The notes under the pieces are model-generated. The model was not told where the DNA came from, ran no database searches, and saw only the letters and a program-made list of their open reading frames with translations. From NCBI RefSeq assembly GCF_001194135.2, contig NC_068993.1, positions 64,179,365 to 64,243,364 of the forward strand: a DNA stretch of 64,000 bases, given 5' to 3'. Shown here piece by piece: positions 26,741-41,015 of this stretch (position 1 is the stretch's first letter; the number at the start of each line of letters is the position of its first letter). This stretch comes from Octopus bimaculoides (Eukaryota). Position numbers and translations under genes: made by a program.

Positions 26741-26877
26741 GGAGAGAGGGGGAGAGAGATGGAGAGAGTATGATAGAGACAAAGTGTGTATGAGGTAACT
26801 AACGCAGAATTCCATGTTAGGTTGGAGATAAAAGTTACCTCAACGGACGCACACACACACGCACATACGTATGTATG

Positions 26878-26937
<60 letters not shown>

Positions 26938-28368
26938 GAGATAGAGGGAGAGAGAGAAAGACAGACAGACAGACAAACAGACAAACTGATGAATAGATAG
27001 ATATATGATTGAGTCCGTGCGCATGGGTGTGAGTGTGTGCGTGTGTGTAGCTATATATGTATTTCACAGAAAAAAAAGACAAACATCTGTATTGGTTTCC
27101 ATACTTTCATGACCGTCTTGCCTTATTCGTGTCTTGCATATGAATATGGCATTCATGTATTCATAAAATGTGTAGTTACTGAACTTTTAGCCGGAGATAC
27201 GGATAGTACTGTTGGAATAGTATTTGAATATCAGCCCTGGAGATAATACCATCTGTTTTGTCACGTCTGTGCTGCAAGCATGAATTACTTATATTTTAAT
27301 ATCGCAGCACATCTGCGCATATCTCACATTCTGGAATGAACTACAACTTTAAAACCAACGTCAGCACTGGGACAGTTTTCTGCGTTCAGGCTATGATAAT
27401 GGGAGTCACTCTTGTGATTTTGTTATCAGTGCCGTGAGAATCATTTCAGAGAAGAAAGGCGATGTAAATTGGAAAAATGCATATTGAACAATACATGAGG
27501 CTTGTCTTTCTCATCACTGATTGCAATAGGGATTAAAATTTGATTAAGTGATTAAATGCTAATATCCTCAAATTTTCATGTACTCAGTTTCGTAACACCC
27601 ACTCAGAAAATATGCCATCAAATACCTTCCATTTGGAAGCATGTCACACACCTTTGGTATATGGAGAGCATAGAAGTAACGAATGTATCGCTAACAACTT
27701 TTTCAGAAAATAACGCAGGAAAAGTTAAAACGAAAGTGGACGTAGCCAGCATCGACGTAGCCAGCGAAGAAATTTTAACTCGATAAAATTGCTCCATTAG
27801 AAGAAGTATAAGTGATATCCAGAAAGCAGTAGAAATGGCTTTGTTCATTTGTAGTAAAAATTTGTTAGTGCCATTTTGTGTGAGAAATGTAGATTTTTAT
27901 GTAAAACCAACAGCTCAATGGTTATGTTTACTGGTTATAATGATAAAAACTGTTACACACACACACACACGCACAACACCTACATGCACGCACACACGCA
28001 CACACGTATATAACGCGCTACTGTGTCTCAAGAAATATGGGTAAATTTTGTGTATGTCTAATTTGCAGTTTAACGTGCTGTATGGTAATGCAAAAATGCG
28101 ATATTGATTAAAAGGCAACACGAGTTTGTTAAGTTTGAAACGATTAAATAACAAATTTGGTGTTTCTGGACGATGGAGAACACCATCAGAAGAGATGTCT
28201 AAACAGATGGTATCGTTGTCTTAAAAAGCTTGCAATTCCAGACGAAAGTGTTGTTAACCTTTGGCTTCTGTTATTAATATGGGGAATTCTTTATAATTTG
28301 GATATCAATGGGTGAAAATGAAAATAAGAACGAGAAAAGATGGAAAAGGTGAAGAGAAAGAGAGAGAA

Positions 28369-28373
<5 letters not shown>

Positions 28374-28445
<72 letters not shown>

Positions 28446-28470
28446 GAGAGAGAGAGAGAAAGGGAGAGAG
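28374..28470. repeat. (GA)n microsatellite
   Basis: Seen directly. Confidence 0.97.
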
Positions 28471-29749
28471 AGAATGGCCGGAAGGCTATGTAGAAGGATG
28501 AAGAAATTGAAAGCAAGAGTGAAATACCCGAAGCAGTGAATAATGATTGATACTTATGCATGGCTTGATTGTTACCCATGACAGCTAGCAGTGCAAGTAA
28601 ACTTTTGCCACCGTCATTAATCTGACAAAATTTTTATTATTTTAATTATTGTTTGTGTTCTATTTATTATAAAATTAACTATGATGGTAAAAGTGTATTA
28701 AATTTGTTGTAGCAATTGTAGTGATATATTCATTAAATAAAAATTACTAGAAATTTTTAGATCAGCTAAGCTTAGTAATTAATGCAAAAGAATTTACTCT
28801 GCAAAAGAATTTACTCAGCAAAAGAACAGTTTGCTTGAAATAGCATCTAAAACTTATTAATTGCAATGAACGTTATTACGGAGCATTTCCCTCTCTAAAT
28901 CTACCTCATCCCCTCCTCCTCCTCCTTCTCCTCTTTTTCTCTCATTGGGTGTGTAGCGTTGCTTTGCTCAATGTCAACAAGACAAGTATGAACACACCAC
29001 CCACAGCCCTTATGTTAATACTTTCAGATATCTCTCTCTTTCCCCTCTATCCTCCGTCTATACGATGGAAGGTTGACTGGAGCAATCAACCAACCGACAC
29101 AATATTTGTGTGGGCTTTTTGCTAAATAGAGATAAATAAACATACATACATGCAGGCATATATACACACACACATATATACGTACATATATGTATGCATT
29201 AAGTGGGGTCGAAATTTTATATTCTGATTCCACATATTGCTTGGTGTTCATTTTGGTGTGAGAAATAAATTTACAAATTTTAAAAGATGCGACCACCCAT
29301 AGCCCTCCCAGTTCTGCGTTTTCAATACTGAAAATGTAAGGAACTGTAAACTGTTTCGATGCTATTAACTTTGTATTAGTTAAATACTACCTATATAACA
29401 TTTTATAAATTATATACACCCCACTCACCTGATACAAAAGAAAAAAACAGTTATTGGAATCTTTATTTATTTATATAGTTTGTATTGATGCTTTTATATT
29501 AAAAAAATCATATATTCAGAAAAGCACTTTCAACGTAAAAAAAAAAATGTAAATTCTATAATTTTTTATGATTAATATGATATGCAATAAGAAAAAAATA
29601 GGCACGAACCTCAAACGAAATACATGAACAATGAACACCATAAAATAAGCATTAATAGTATTTACTATTTAATTCAATGACCATTGTCTTTTCCAGTCAA
29701 ATTGAGGTCAACTTTGTCTAGATTTCTGTACATTTAATATGAATTTGAG

Positions 29750-30080
29750 CCTATTTTCGTTGCCTATTCTGACTTCAGAAGCTTTTGTCACTAAATTGAT
29801 ATCATGCTCGACTCCTTGTCTGTAACAGTCCGATATGTTTTATTTGTTTTTCATAATACGTGCAGTTGCGTATATCAAACATTTCATTGAATTCCTCTAA
29901 TTTCTTATCAAAACCATCTCCTCTTTGCTTGATAGGTATTTTGTTTGATTGAATCTGCTTATAAATTAATCTCCCAATTTTTAGAACTACTCCCTCAAAC
30001 CCAATACAAGGAAAAGAAAATTTGTCCCATATTGTTTGCACATCTGCAGCAACGATCCCGTAGCATTATCAAATGCGTAT
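29750..30080 (-). pseudogene. Fossil of an unclassified DNA-transposon protein N-terminal region
   Basis: YGIVAADVQTIWDKFSFPCI..VLKIGRL..FNEMFDIRNC..F*SQNRQRK resembles the IWxKxxIP..KIxxL..FDIxxC..DQRxxRK pattern of some invertebrate transposases (recalled). Contains stops. Confidence 0.4.
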
Positions 30081-30629
30081 GATAAAAAGGTGGTTTCGCT
30101 CCTATTTAAAGCGCATTCAGTGACCAGGGGGCGGCACCCTCCACTTGTAGTATAGTAAATAAATGACTACTTGAATCAACACATTATGAAATAGTAGAAA
30201 GAAGTGATAATTGAATTAATCATAGCCATGTTGTTAATTAACCCGAGTCATCTCGTGTGGTTGAGACGCGATCGCAAATACTCCCATGCTGCACACATTG
30301 TCTAGTTGTTCTTGATTTCTATGAAAGCCTTAACCCATACGTCCTTTTAATGTCGAGTCTAGCTGTGATTTGAAGAAGAATCAGCGCTATTTTTAGCAAG
30401 TTCAGAGATCATATAGGTACCATCGTCCCGTTAAACAAAGAAATGTCGCTTAAGCCAAAGTACAGCATTCATTTAGCTGAAGAAACTGGAAAGATATTCC
30501 AAATGTTTTCATAGTATTTTTCATAGCATGATCCACATACGTAGCATTTCTGAGAATAATTTGTATGATTCGAGGGAGATTTCGCCGCTATTTCTTGCAT
30601 GTCAAGCAATCACATGGCTACTTGATATG

Positions 30630-30636
30630 ATAATGG

Positions 30637-30673
<37 letters not shown>

Positions 30674-30976
30674 AACGATGATGATGATGATAACGATGAT
30701 GATGTTGATGGGCAGGAGGTGGAAGAGGTAACGTTGCTGCTGCTGCTGTTTCTGCCGCTGTCCTTTGACCGATCCTATTGTGAATAAATTCATTCATGAT
30801 ACTGATGGTTGCGTCTGCTTGTGATGGCGATGGCGGTGTCCGATATAATGGTTGCAGTGATTCTGAGAATCTTGATAGCGATGGCGCAGTTGTGGCAGCG
30901 ACGGCAGCAGCGAAGGTGGCCACCATGACGTGTATTTGCGACCCAGCGATGTGGTAGTTCAGAAGGGGATAATGGT

Positions 30977-31009
<33 letters not shown>

Positions 31010-31025
31010 CAGTAGCAGCAGCAGC

Positions 31026-31084
<59 letters not shown>

Positions 31085-31154
31085 AGTTGGTAGTGGTGTC
31101 ACAGTGGAGTTGTAGTGGTAGTCGTGGGGATGGTGTTGCAAGATAATATTCACC

Positions 31155-31245
<91 letters not shown>
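30630..31245. repeat. Low-complexity block: (GAT)n, (GCT)n, (GGC/GCA)-rich, (AGT)n/(AGC)n, (TG)n
   Basis: Seen directly. Confidence 0.95.
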
Positions 31246-31247
<2 letters not shown>

Positions 31248-32156
31248 TGTATGTATGTATATAAAAGGAGTAGAATAAATTTCTCACACTAACTTCAATA
31301 TCAGATTTCCACCTTAATCCAATCAGATCACTGTTATCATCAGCTCAACTTTCATTCGGATCGTCTGGTCATTAATTCGCTATGAGGAATGTCTGATCTT
31401 AATGATATGAGGACAATGGCATAGTTGATAGGTTTCCTTATTTGATGAGTCCAGGCACAACTGGACATGAAAGAGATGAAGCCAAAGAAAGTAGTTAGTT
31501 TTATGATATTATCAGAGCACCTGTTAATAGGAATAGTAATTCGATAAGGTGTTGCTACTGGTTATTTGACAGATGAATTCAAGCTAATTAGCAGCGAAAG
31601 GAACGGCTCTTAGTGACGTCATTTGATAAGGTGTTTCAGCAACAAAATAGAGATTAATTTAATGACAGATATCATTTATTCGTTTGACGAAATGAAATAC
31701 TTTGTCTCTTTTCTATTTTGCTTTCATTCTCAACTTTTCTCGTCTTTTATTGTATATTTATAATTTAATCATAACATATCGGGAAAATATTTTGATTTTC
31801 GTATTTGAACTCTAAATTAATATGTTTATACGGCATGATATCTCTCCCTCTCTCTCCCTCTATCTTTCAATTTATTTCTCTCTCACTCTCTCTCCCTGTC
31901 ACGCCAGCAAAAACTTCATATGTAAACATCCATACGTAATGTACATATGTATATATACATGCACGTATGTATGTATGTATGTATGTATGTATGCATGCAT
32001 GTATGTATGTGTCTATGTATTTGTGTATGCATGTATGTACGTAGATCTCTCTAGTGGAGAACTCCTCGTTGAATAATTTCTATTTCCGAGTTTCTGCTAG
32101 CCAGGAAAAATATGTAGCGTAGATTTCACTTGCTCCATTCTCTAAATTTGTGTATA

Positions 32157-32217
<61 letters not shown>

Positions 32218-32365
32218 ATGTGTGTGTGTATACAAGATTATGTAAGTAGCAGGTTAAAATGTTTCATCAAAAAGGAGAATAGTAATTGACACTAATTGTG
32301 ACCAGGGTGTTAAAAAAACACTTACTTTGCTAGAAATAAGAGCTAAAAAGCTCTAATATATATAC

Positions 32366-32449
32366 ATATGTATGCGCGTATATATATATATATGTATGCG
32401 CGTATATATATATAGATGTATGCGCGTATATATATATATATGTATGCGC

Positions 32450-32515
<66 letters not shown>

Positions 32516-32520
32516 GTATG
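32366..32520. repeat. Higher-order (TA)n-TGTATGCGCG repeat x4 followed by (TA)n and (TATG)n
   Basis: Seen directly. Confidence 0.9.
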
Positions 32521-33545
32521 TATATTCGTAAATGTTGGCGAACTTTTTAATGCACATGTTGCAAAGGTAAACCAAACTTGATAGACAATATCACAAAGAA
32601 TACCGCTGACAAAGATATGCACAAAGTTCCACACGCAAGTGTTGAGATCAAACCACCTGCCTCCTGAGAAGATGCATCTGGTTACTGGCAGAGGTCTATA
32701 AAGAGAATTTCTTGTTACGCTAGGAGGATTCTAGGTAAGAATTTCAAAAGATGGATTACGCGCTACGTGGATTCATACAGGTTTTTGGAAAGCCAAAGTT
32801 TCTCTTTCCTGTCTCGTTCCATATAAAGATTTTAGAATGACGAAAATGTCCAATGTACCCCGAAACATTCTAAAACAAAAGAACTCTCTATTTGCCTGGA
32901 GTGCACGGCTGGTTTCTTTCAGTTAGGAATTGTATGTATGAAAAACGCAAGAGCATACTTTTTTTTTTACATATAGCAAGAAAACATTAAAATAAAGGTG
33001 TTTATATTCCAAAGAAATAAACAGATACTTCAGAGTTTAAATGAGAATATACCCTTTGATGGAAAAAAGTCAATGTGCAATGTTTTGACAAGTTTTCATA
33101 AACATCTGAAGATTCAATATAAACTTTGAAATCCCGAATAACGTCACTGAGTTGGTGCATAGATAAGTATTCATGAGTCAAAATACTATTGAGTTTCAAA
33201 ATCTCTTGGGAAAAGCAAAGCAGGTTGATTGAGCACTTAGCTATCCGTTTCTTTTTAATGTATATACTAAAAGTATAATTATTGCCAACTATTTTGAGAT
33301 CCTTGGTGACGTACTGTTTGCTAATATTTCACTATCATTAGAACACTAAAGTCACATTACTAAAAGTACTTTATTTATAACACACAAACACACATATGTA
33401 CATATATACATATGAATGGGTATACATACATAATAGATACATACACACATGTTTGTATTACATGTATGCATGCGTACTGACAAAGACATACAGAGGTATA
33501 GAATAGAAAGCAGTCTGAGAGAGAAAGAGAGACAGAAAGAGATAG

Positions 33546-33559
33546 GTAGATAGATAGAC

Positions 33560-33614
<55 letters not shown>

Positions 33615-33632
33615 GAGATAGATAGATAGATA
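33546..33632. repeat. (GATA)n microsatellite
   Basis: Seen directly. Confidence 0.97.
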
Positions 33633-34245
33633 GAATCCTCTCGAACCAATGACCTCTATGCGACAGAGAATACAACCCATTTATAAAGCAACAACTCGGA
33701 GTGTTGGGGGGTTCAATACATCACAAGATTCAATGTTTATATTTCATTTCGGTTCCTAGTTTCAAGATCGCTAAGTAGAGATAAAACCATCGCTTACAGT
33801 TAAATATTGAAACTTGCAATTATTATATGCTTGTGTCCATGTTTTTATGCGTGTGTGTGTATTTGGGTGATGTCACTATCCAGGTATTTCATGTACGTAG
33901 AAACTAGTTGTGCATAACTTTACAAAGTTAGATTAATTAAAAGTGAGTATAAGTTTGCATCATTTGGTGTATAAATAATTGTAACGTAGCCAAGGGGGAT
34001 TGAAATAATGATCCAGTGAAGAGCGCATCTGGTCAGGTTATTGTTAGAAGTCATTTACACACAAATTTATTGATATTTTGATCAATGAGCATATCTTTGA
34101 TGAATGAGATATTAGCTGAAGGAGAATGAGTAACTTTAATAGCGTTAATGATTAGATACCAAGCGTGTATACATACGTAGACTCATTACATATCTTAAGA
34201 CGGACATACATATATGTACACATATACACCTCTCAATCCATCCAT

Positions 34246-34246
<1 letters not shown>

Positions 34247-34313
<67 letters not shown>

Positions 34314-34346
34314 GCCTGTCTATCTATCTATCTATCTATCTATCTA
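34247..34346. repeat. (TCTA)n microsatellite
   Basis: Seen directly. Confidence 0.97.
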
Positions 34347-34372
34347 TATGTATACACACACAATTACATGTG

Positions 34373-34425
<53 letters not shown>

Positions 34426-36274
34426 CCACATATGTGTACCTTCGGAAAAGGTGATGATGGTTATGATATTCAATGTAACAAGAATTACAAAGAATTTTAT
34501 TTTAAGTGGATAATCGATTCTATACAATTAAAGTTCAAAATCACTGTTTGTGGAATAACAAATATTATATGCCTGGAATATTTTCTGCTTAAAAACAATG
34601 CAAGTTATTTATTTTCATATGATAGTTTAATCGCGGGAGGAATGAGTTGCAGTGCACACCAGTGTGGCAAAATGTGTTCATGACAAAAGCATAAACTTCA
34701 CTGGCACAGCTCAGTTAGTGCGATGTAACTCAGAGTAAAATCTCACCAACATGAGCAATAAAAGTGCTGTATAATTGACGTGGACATTATACGGAGTGGC
34801 TTTCTATGCTTCTGTTGGTGCTATTCAGCTTTAAATTGGCATTATGAAATAATGTATTTCAGAGACAACGGAATATCGCAATTATCCAAAGTCACAATAT
34901 TTCTAAGAAGGTGGTACTTGGTTTTGGGGGAGATTTCCCTCGCAGATCGTCGGCTCGAGTAAGGTGAATTGTTTCCTGTCGTTCGAAGTAGTTCACAAGT
35001 ACAATATTTGAAGGTTTGTGAAGGGATAACATCCGAACCAATGGGTTTTATCGGACTGGAAGACATTTCACACTTGGTGGCGCTTTACACATAGTCTTGA
35101 AACAAAGTTGCAGAAACAGTTTCGGCTGACTTTATTTGAGCATAATATGGATATTGAAGTTAAAAGATTCTTTATGTCTCTGAAAATTTTTTGAGATTTT
35201 ACTCATTACCTATACGCGATTTAAAACAATATATTTAAAGGTTTAAATCCAGAGCAACCATCCAATAGCAAAATTTATATTTCAGGGCAAAGTTTATCTT
35301 TCTCTGTATTAAAAAGAATTAACCTAATTCGTTTTTAGGAAATAAATACTTTGCGTCTTTAATCCAACATATAGATGCCTTTTACTATCTGTTTAAACTC
35401 AACATTCACATCGGAATGAAATCACCCAGAAATAATTTTTTACCAGATGTAGAAACATGTTAACAACTAAATAAATTCTGGTTTATATAAGACGCTTATC
35501 TCTAATGTCAGACGTTTATTTTTGCTTCATCTTATATAAATAACTTAGACTTTACAGAATGTTTAAATGAACATCCTGTTTTCAGTATCTGAGCCCCCAG
35601 CCACCACCACGTCCGTCTCTTCTCTCTATCGCACTATGTGCGCAGCTTCTATCTTCAAATATATGTGGCAAACTATTTTGTGTCATCATATATTTTCGTT
35701 TTTCTTTTTTTGTTCCTTTTAAATCTACAGACTTAGCGTAGAAGCAGAGAGGAGTGCAATTATTCTAAGTACCAGTTCAATTTCTGTTTGTTTTGTGTGG
35801 GGGATCATTTCAAAGAGAATAAATTTGTGGCTTGAATCATAAATAGCGGATGTGTTTTACTATGTTTATTTGTTTGTATTCTGCACATGGTGTTGCGTTG
35901 TCTTTCAATCAATTCGAAATGTGTTTTTTTATATATATATTTTCATCTCCAGTTTTTAGTCTCATTTAATTTTCCCACGACACATCAAAACCTCTCATTT
36001 ACTACGTATCTATGTGTGATCAGAAGCTGACGGAAACCTATCGGAAATTGTGAAATACTTTGTCAACAACAAAAAAATCTCCAATTTATGGTCTATTCTC
36101 GCTTAACACGTCAACAAAATATATTCGCAAATATTTGTATACATAAACTATGAGAACAAGAACATTATTCAATATATTAATGTTAATCATTATATATCAA
36201 ACACATTCATTGTAAGCCCCACGAATACTTAACTCACATTTGGGGAATAAATGTAATCTTTTAATATCACTTTC

Positions 36275-36405
36275 ACATTTTGGCACAAGGCAAGCAATTT
36301 TAGGGAGTATTTCGATTACATTTACCCCAGTGCATAACTGGTACTTATTCAATCGACCCCGAAAAGAATGACCAGGCCTCGGCAGAATTCGAACTTAGAA
36401 CGCAA
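36275..36405 (-). mobile_element. SINE family C, 3' two-thirds
   Basis: Reverse complement: cgttctaagttcgaattctgccgaggcctggtcattcttttcggggtcgattgaataagtaccagttatgcactggggtaaatgtaatcga..aaattgcttgccttgtgccaaa. Matches 45280-45370. Confidence 0.8.
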
Positions 36406-36526
36406 AGTTGTATGTATGTATGTATTTTAGGAAGTTGATTGTTATGGCTGGTCAGAGAGTGTCCATTGCTTTCGCAACTATGAAGCGCTTAGTAGTGAAA
36501 GCTGAGCGCTTTATATATATATATAT

Positions 36527-36583
<57 letters not shown>

Positions 36584-39500
36584 TATGTATGTGTGTGTGG
36601 GTGTGTATGTATGTATGTAGGTAGGTACGTACGTACGTATGTACGTAAGTGGGTAGGTATTCATAATCCCGGCTAATACAACCCTTTTTCGTGGATGTTG
36701 TTCACAATGAAAGAGTCCAGATTTGTAATCATAGCATTAGAAACGCATTTACTCAACAAGAAATTGTTTGTTTTGAAATTGCTTAAAGACTTCTGGGGTC
36801 GTCGTGCCTGCCTTTCATACCGACTTTATGTATTCCTATGATGATGGTTTTAATTTCTAACAGTATTATATTCTTACGAGGGCGCGCGCATACACTCATA
36901 CATAAACGCACTTCAATATATTTCATAATCGTAGCTAAGTTTTCTAATATCTAAATTGATATTAGTACTTCAGATTCACGTTGTGCCATTCACAAAAACA
37001 AACCTATATACGTCTGTACATATTTATGTATGAATTTTATGTTTGTATATATATGTATACATGCATATATATGTATATAAATATATTTCTAAATGTATGT
37101 ATGAATGTGTATGTGTGTTTGTGTATGTTCGTGTGTGCTCAAGTTTCCATGTCAAATTCCCAAGATTCTGTATCTGTTCGAAAATACAATATAATGTGTA
37201 AACTAAACTGATATAGAAACATATACAACAATAAATACAACAGTCATATCATAACAGATGTCTCATAAACAAAGTTTAACAGCCAGCAATGTTGATTTAA
37301 GTGAATTAAATGGGTATTCAAATAATTATCAACATTCTCATCACGCCAGTATAATTCCCAATACAATGACAAGGCAAATTACGAAAATTCTAATGTCGGA
37401 AATTTCCGCCATTTTCCCATCATGTTGATAGAACGTCTAATACTTATTCAGCCATTACTTTTATGCTTTAGCGAAATCCGACTAATATTTCTAAAAGTAT
37501 TATCACAAGCTATTAGTGTTTTGCTATTTTACTAGAGAGTAATGCTAGTCAATACCAAACATCACTACAATTGCTACTTTACTGGCTAAAATATAACCCA
37601 AATGGAAAGGCAATGTAAAGTAAGAAGATAAATATATTTTCTGTTTGGATCATTTAGCTGAAAATTATTACAAGACATCAAAGAACAATAAATAAATATA
37701 TAACGGAATGTCTAAAGTAGATTTACAGCTGTTTCAGAATAAAAAGAAATGTGATAAATATATCTTTATGTGTTGTAGAACATTTATGTGAAGTCAATCA
37801 TTACAATACAGGGGTTTAGAGGGACAGAATTATCGTCTGCTTAAATGTAGCTTAATCCCTCAGACTTCTCTTTCTTTTTCTCTCCCCCCTCTCTCTCTCT
37901 CTCCTCTCACTCTCACTCTCGCTAGTCTCTTTCTCTTTCTCTCAGAACAATTTGTCTCTTTAACTCAGCAACCGGGTTCTCTTGAGAGACAATGGAGAAT
38001 ATGTATATCAAAGAATTGTTTTTCCATAACTTTAAAGCAATATTTTAAAGTATTGTTAAAAAAAACAAAAGAAACCTTAAACGGTTTTTTAAAGAAACCT
38101 TGGTGTACCCAGGGAATTAATAAAAGGAAACATACTTGGCTTGAGGAATCAATAATGGGTTATTTCTTTATCTATAAACAAAACCTGCTTAATGAAGTGA
38201 GATATGTTAATATAGCTGAAGTGAAATAGAAAGTTCGATGCTAGGCTCTAGGCAAACATAATGTGATATACAATATCGATTGCTAATATCGGCATCATAT
38301 TGTAATGATATTTACTTTTAACAGTTTTACATTCTGAACTTCAACGCCACCTCAAGCAAAGTTCACCCTTATTCTACCGAAATCGAAAGGAATGCTAATT
38401 ACTGGTGTCGATTATATCGGTTCTCTCATCTTCCCTCATATTTGTGGCTTTGTGTCATCGGTGGAAAAAGCTATCGCAGAGAAAGTATTTTGTCTACCAG
38501 GTTGATGCGACACAGCATTTAGCTAGTCGGTAAAACTTCAAGCTTTTAAACCAATGGAAGTGGTATTATATCATGAGTGTAATTGTTGAAGAGAATGTGA
38601 CCCTGAGGATGTATTTATAACATAGCTTAGATGATTTTTTTTCAAAGACAATTTGAGAGTTGGGTGCAACAAATGCGTAAATGCATCAGATGGGCTCTAT
38701 GCTGAGTTGTACGACTGTATAGAGACAAAGTTAGTCTACCAACATGCACAATTTGAATGGTATCTGTCATTTGATTAAAAGTTACGCCCTCTTGTACCTA
38801 TCTTTCGGTATAACCCTTGTAACATCGCATATATTCCAGCGCTCTACTATCAGCACCGTGTTGGATTAAAACTTCTATTGAGGTGAATAAATAATGAGTA
38901 GCAGGCTGTTGGAAGTAACCCAAGCGGATCAATAAGCACGAATTCATATGATTCAGGAAGGCAGTGGTGTACTGAATAACCTATGCGAAACAATCTAAAT
39001 GAATTATAACATGCCTTTTATTTGGAGAAAGCAAACAAAATCGTTGCGTTAGGTGTTAGCAAGTTTCAGATCAAAGAATAGACGATTTCAAGAAATAGCG
39101 AAATAACTTCACAGAAAATTGAATTTTTATGCAAGAAGGCAGAATTACTAGCAGTGGAGGGGATAACTACGGGCATATCTTTATCTCTTAGACATAATCA
39201 GCGAAGCATCCTCTATTCCAACCTACTTTGATCATTAGCCAGAATGTTTTATAAGTAGGAAAATAGTTCTAAAGAATTCTTGTTAGATATCTATGGAAGG
39301 TTATTCTAGCTACAAATAGCAGCTAAAGCATCTTCAAATAATGTTCCTGCTGAAGGAAGGGCATATTTGATAATATATTTCTATATACTACTAAAAACCG
39401 AGTTATTCTGGCCGAGACCCCTTTGTACGGCGATACACAACAAAAACATAAAGCACGAAACGAAAAGCTTCCTTTTTGAAAGGAAATCAGCTTCACAACT

Positions 39501-40326
39501 TCCCATTTCCGGAAACTTTGAAATTAAGAAATAAACATTAAAGATCCTAGCAAACTGATGATGACCACTAGGCCCGTAAAGATTCCTGTGTGTGTTTTTT
39601 ATTTAGGAATGTATAAATGTGGGTATATAAAATAGCTTACGCATTTATAGTGCAAATGTTCACATTTATAACTGCGTATATATCTGCATATATGTAAGTA
39701 CATTGTAGACGCAAAATGTGCTAAGAGTTGCATAGCATTAGATACTAGGTTCAATCCCCTAGAATGAATTTATACATATACATGTGCAGATCTATGTCAA
39801 GGAGTGTATCCAATCTGCTCGTCTCTAAACGAAGAGTCGCTCTAATTATATCCTAAGAAACAACTTTTTTATTTTCTTCGCATTTTTCATAATGATACAA
39901 CTTTATGTTTCCTATGATGTTATCCTGCTTCCAATCACTCCAACATTCCATTCAGTTAGGAGCTTCCCTCGGAATTTTAGAAAACTTATCAGTGCTTGGC
40001 CATTTTCCACTCAAAACTGCGTAAATAATCTCCCTGTGTTTGAATTTCGTAGTTTCTAATATAGTTTGTTTCTTCACAATTTCATTTTCTAGGAAAACTT
40101 TTTCTGTAATCATTTCTTTTTCTTGGAAATCCCTTTCACCATACGAAGGAAGACCCCTTCACATTCTTACAGTGAGGAAGGTATTCTAGTTGCATGCTAT
40201 ATGTCGATGCCAATGCACCAACTGGCCGTTTCCCTTCGGTATGAGAAAAGTGTTAGGAGATACGAAGAGAGAATCTGGACGGCGCAACTGAAGCTGATTA
40301 TCTGCAAAATAATTGAGAAAGAAAGA

Positions 40327-40386
<60 letters not shown>

Positions 40387-40679
40387 AACAGTGACAGAGG
40401 TCGACAGAGAATGAGAGTCAAAGAGAGAACATTGGAATGAAATTCCGTAAACTAAGAACATCGGATAAAAATATCACGAAAGGAAACGAGTATGACGAGT
40501 AAATCGAACAGATATTGACAAAAACCTGTTGAAGCAAGGAGACAATATCAGAGATGAAAGGCTGCTGTTGTTAAACGAAATCATAATAAGCAGTTTTCCG
40601 ATATATCTTAATCTGCTGCTGTGTGGTGGATTAACAAAAATTAAAAAGAAATAAGGGAATTTTTTTTAAAGTTTTAAGT

Positions 40680-41015
40680 GTGTGATAAGAAGATTGTTTA
40701 CCAATCACATGGTTCCACGTTCAGTCCCCGTACATAACACACATTGGGAAAGTGTCTTCCATTATAGCCCCAGGTTGACCAATGTTTGTGAGAGGATTTG
40801 GTAGACGGAAGCTGAAAGACGTCCGTCGTGTATATGTAAATTTGCATGTATCTGTGTGTGTGTGTGTGTGTTTCACCACCGCGTGATCAACAGTGTTGAT
40901 GTGTTTACGTCCCTGTAACCAATCGGTTCGAAAAGACAGACCTATAGAATAAGAACCAGGCTTAAAAACTAAAACTCTTGAAAGCAGTGTCCCAGCAAGG
41001 CCGGAGTTCAATGAC
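40680..41015 (+). mobile_element. Full-length composite SINE family A
   Basis: tRNA-like head (ccaatcacatggttccacgttcagtccc), CORE-like ttgggaaagtgtcttcc, ggtagacggaagctgaaagacgtccgtcg, internal TA/TG microsatellite (~40830-40872), then the tail module. Confidence 0.85.

Noticed and set aside
27490-27790. Possible mariner MITE remnant
   Set aside because: Only a vague TA-CATGAGG start; no second TIR or peptide motif.
30225-30410. Dispersed repeat with a weak second copy at 53140-53215
   Set aside because: The similarity is too degraded to define boundaries or class by eye.
38380-39560. Non-repetitive 1.2-kb stretch that might be an exon or transposase
   Set aside because: Stops in all frames I tried and no motif recognised.
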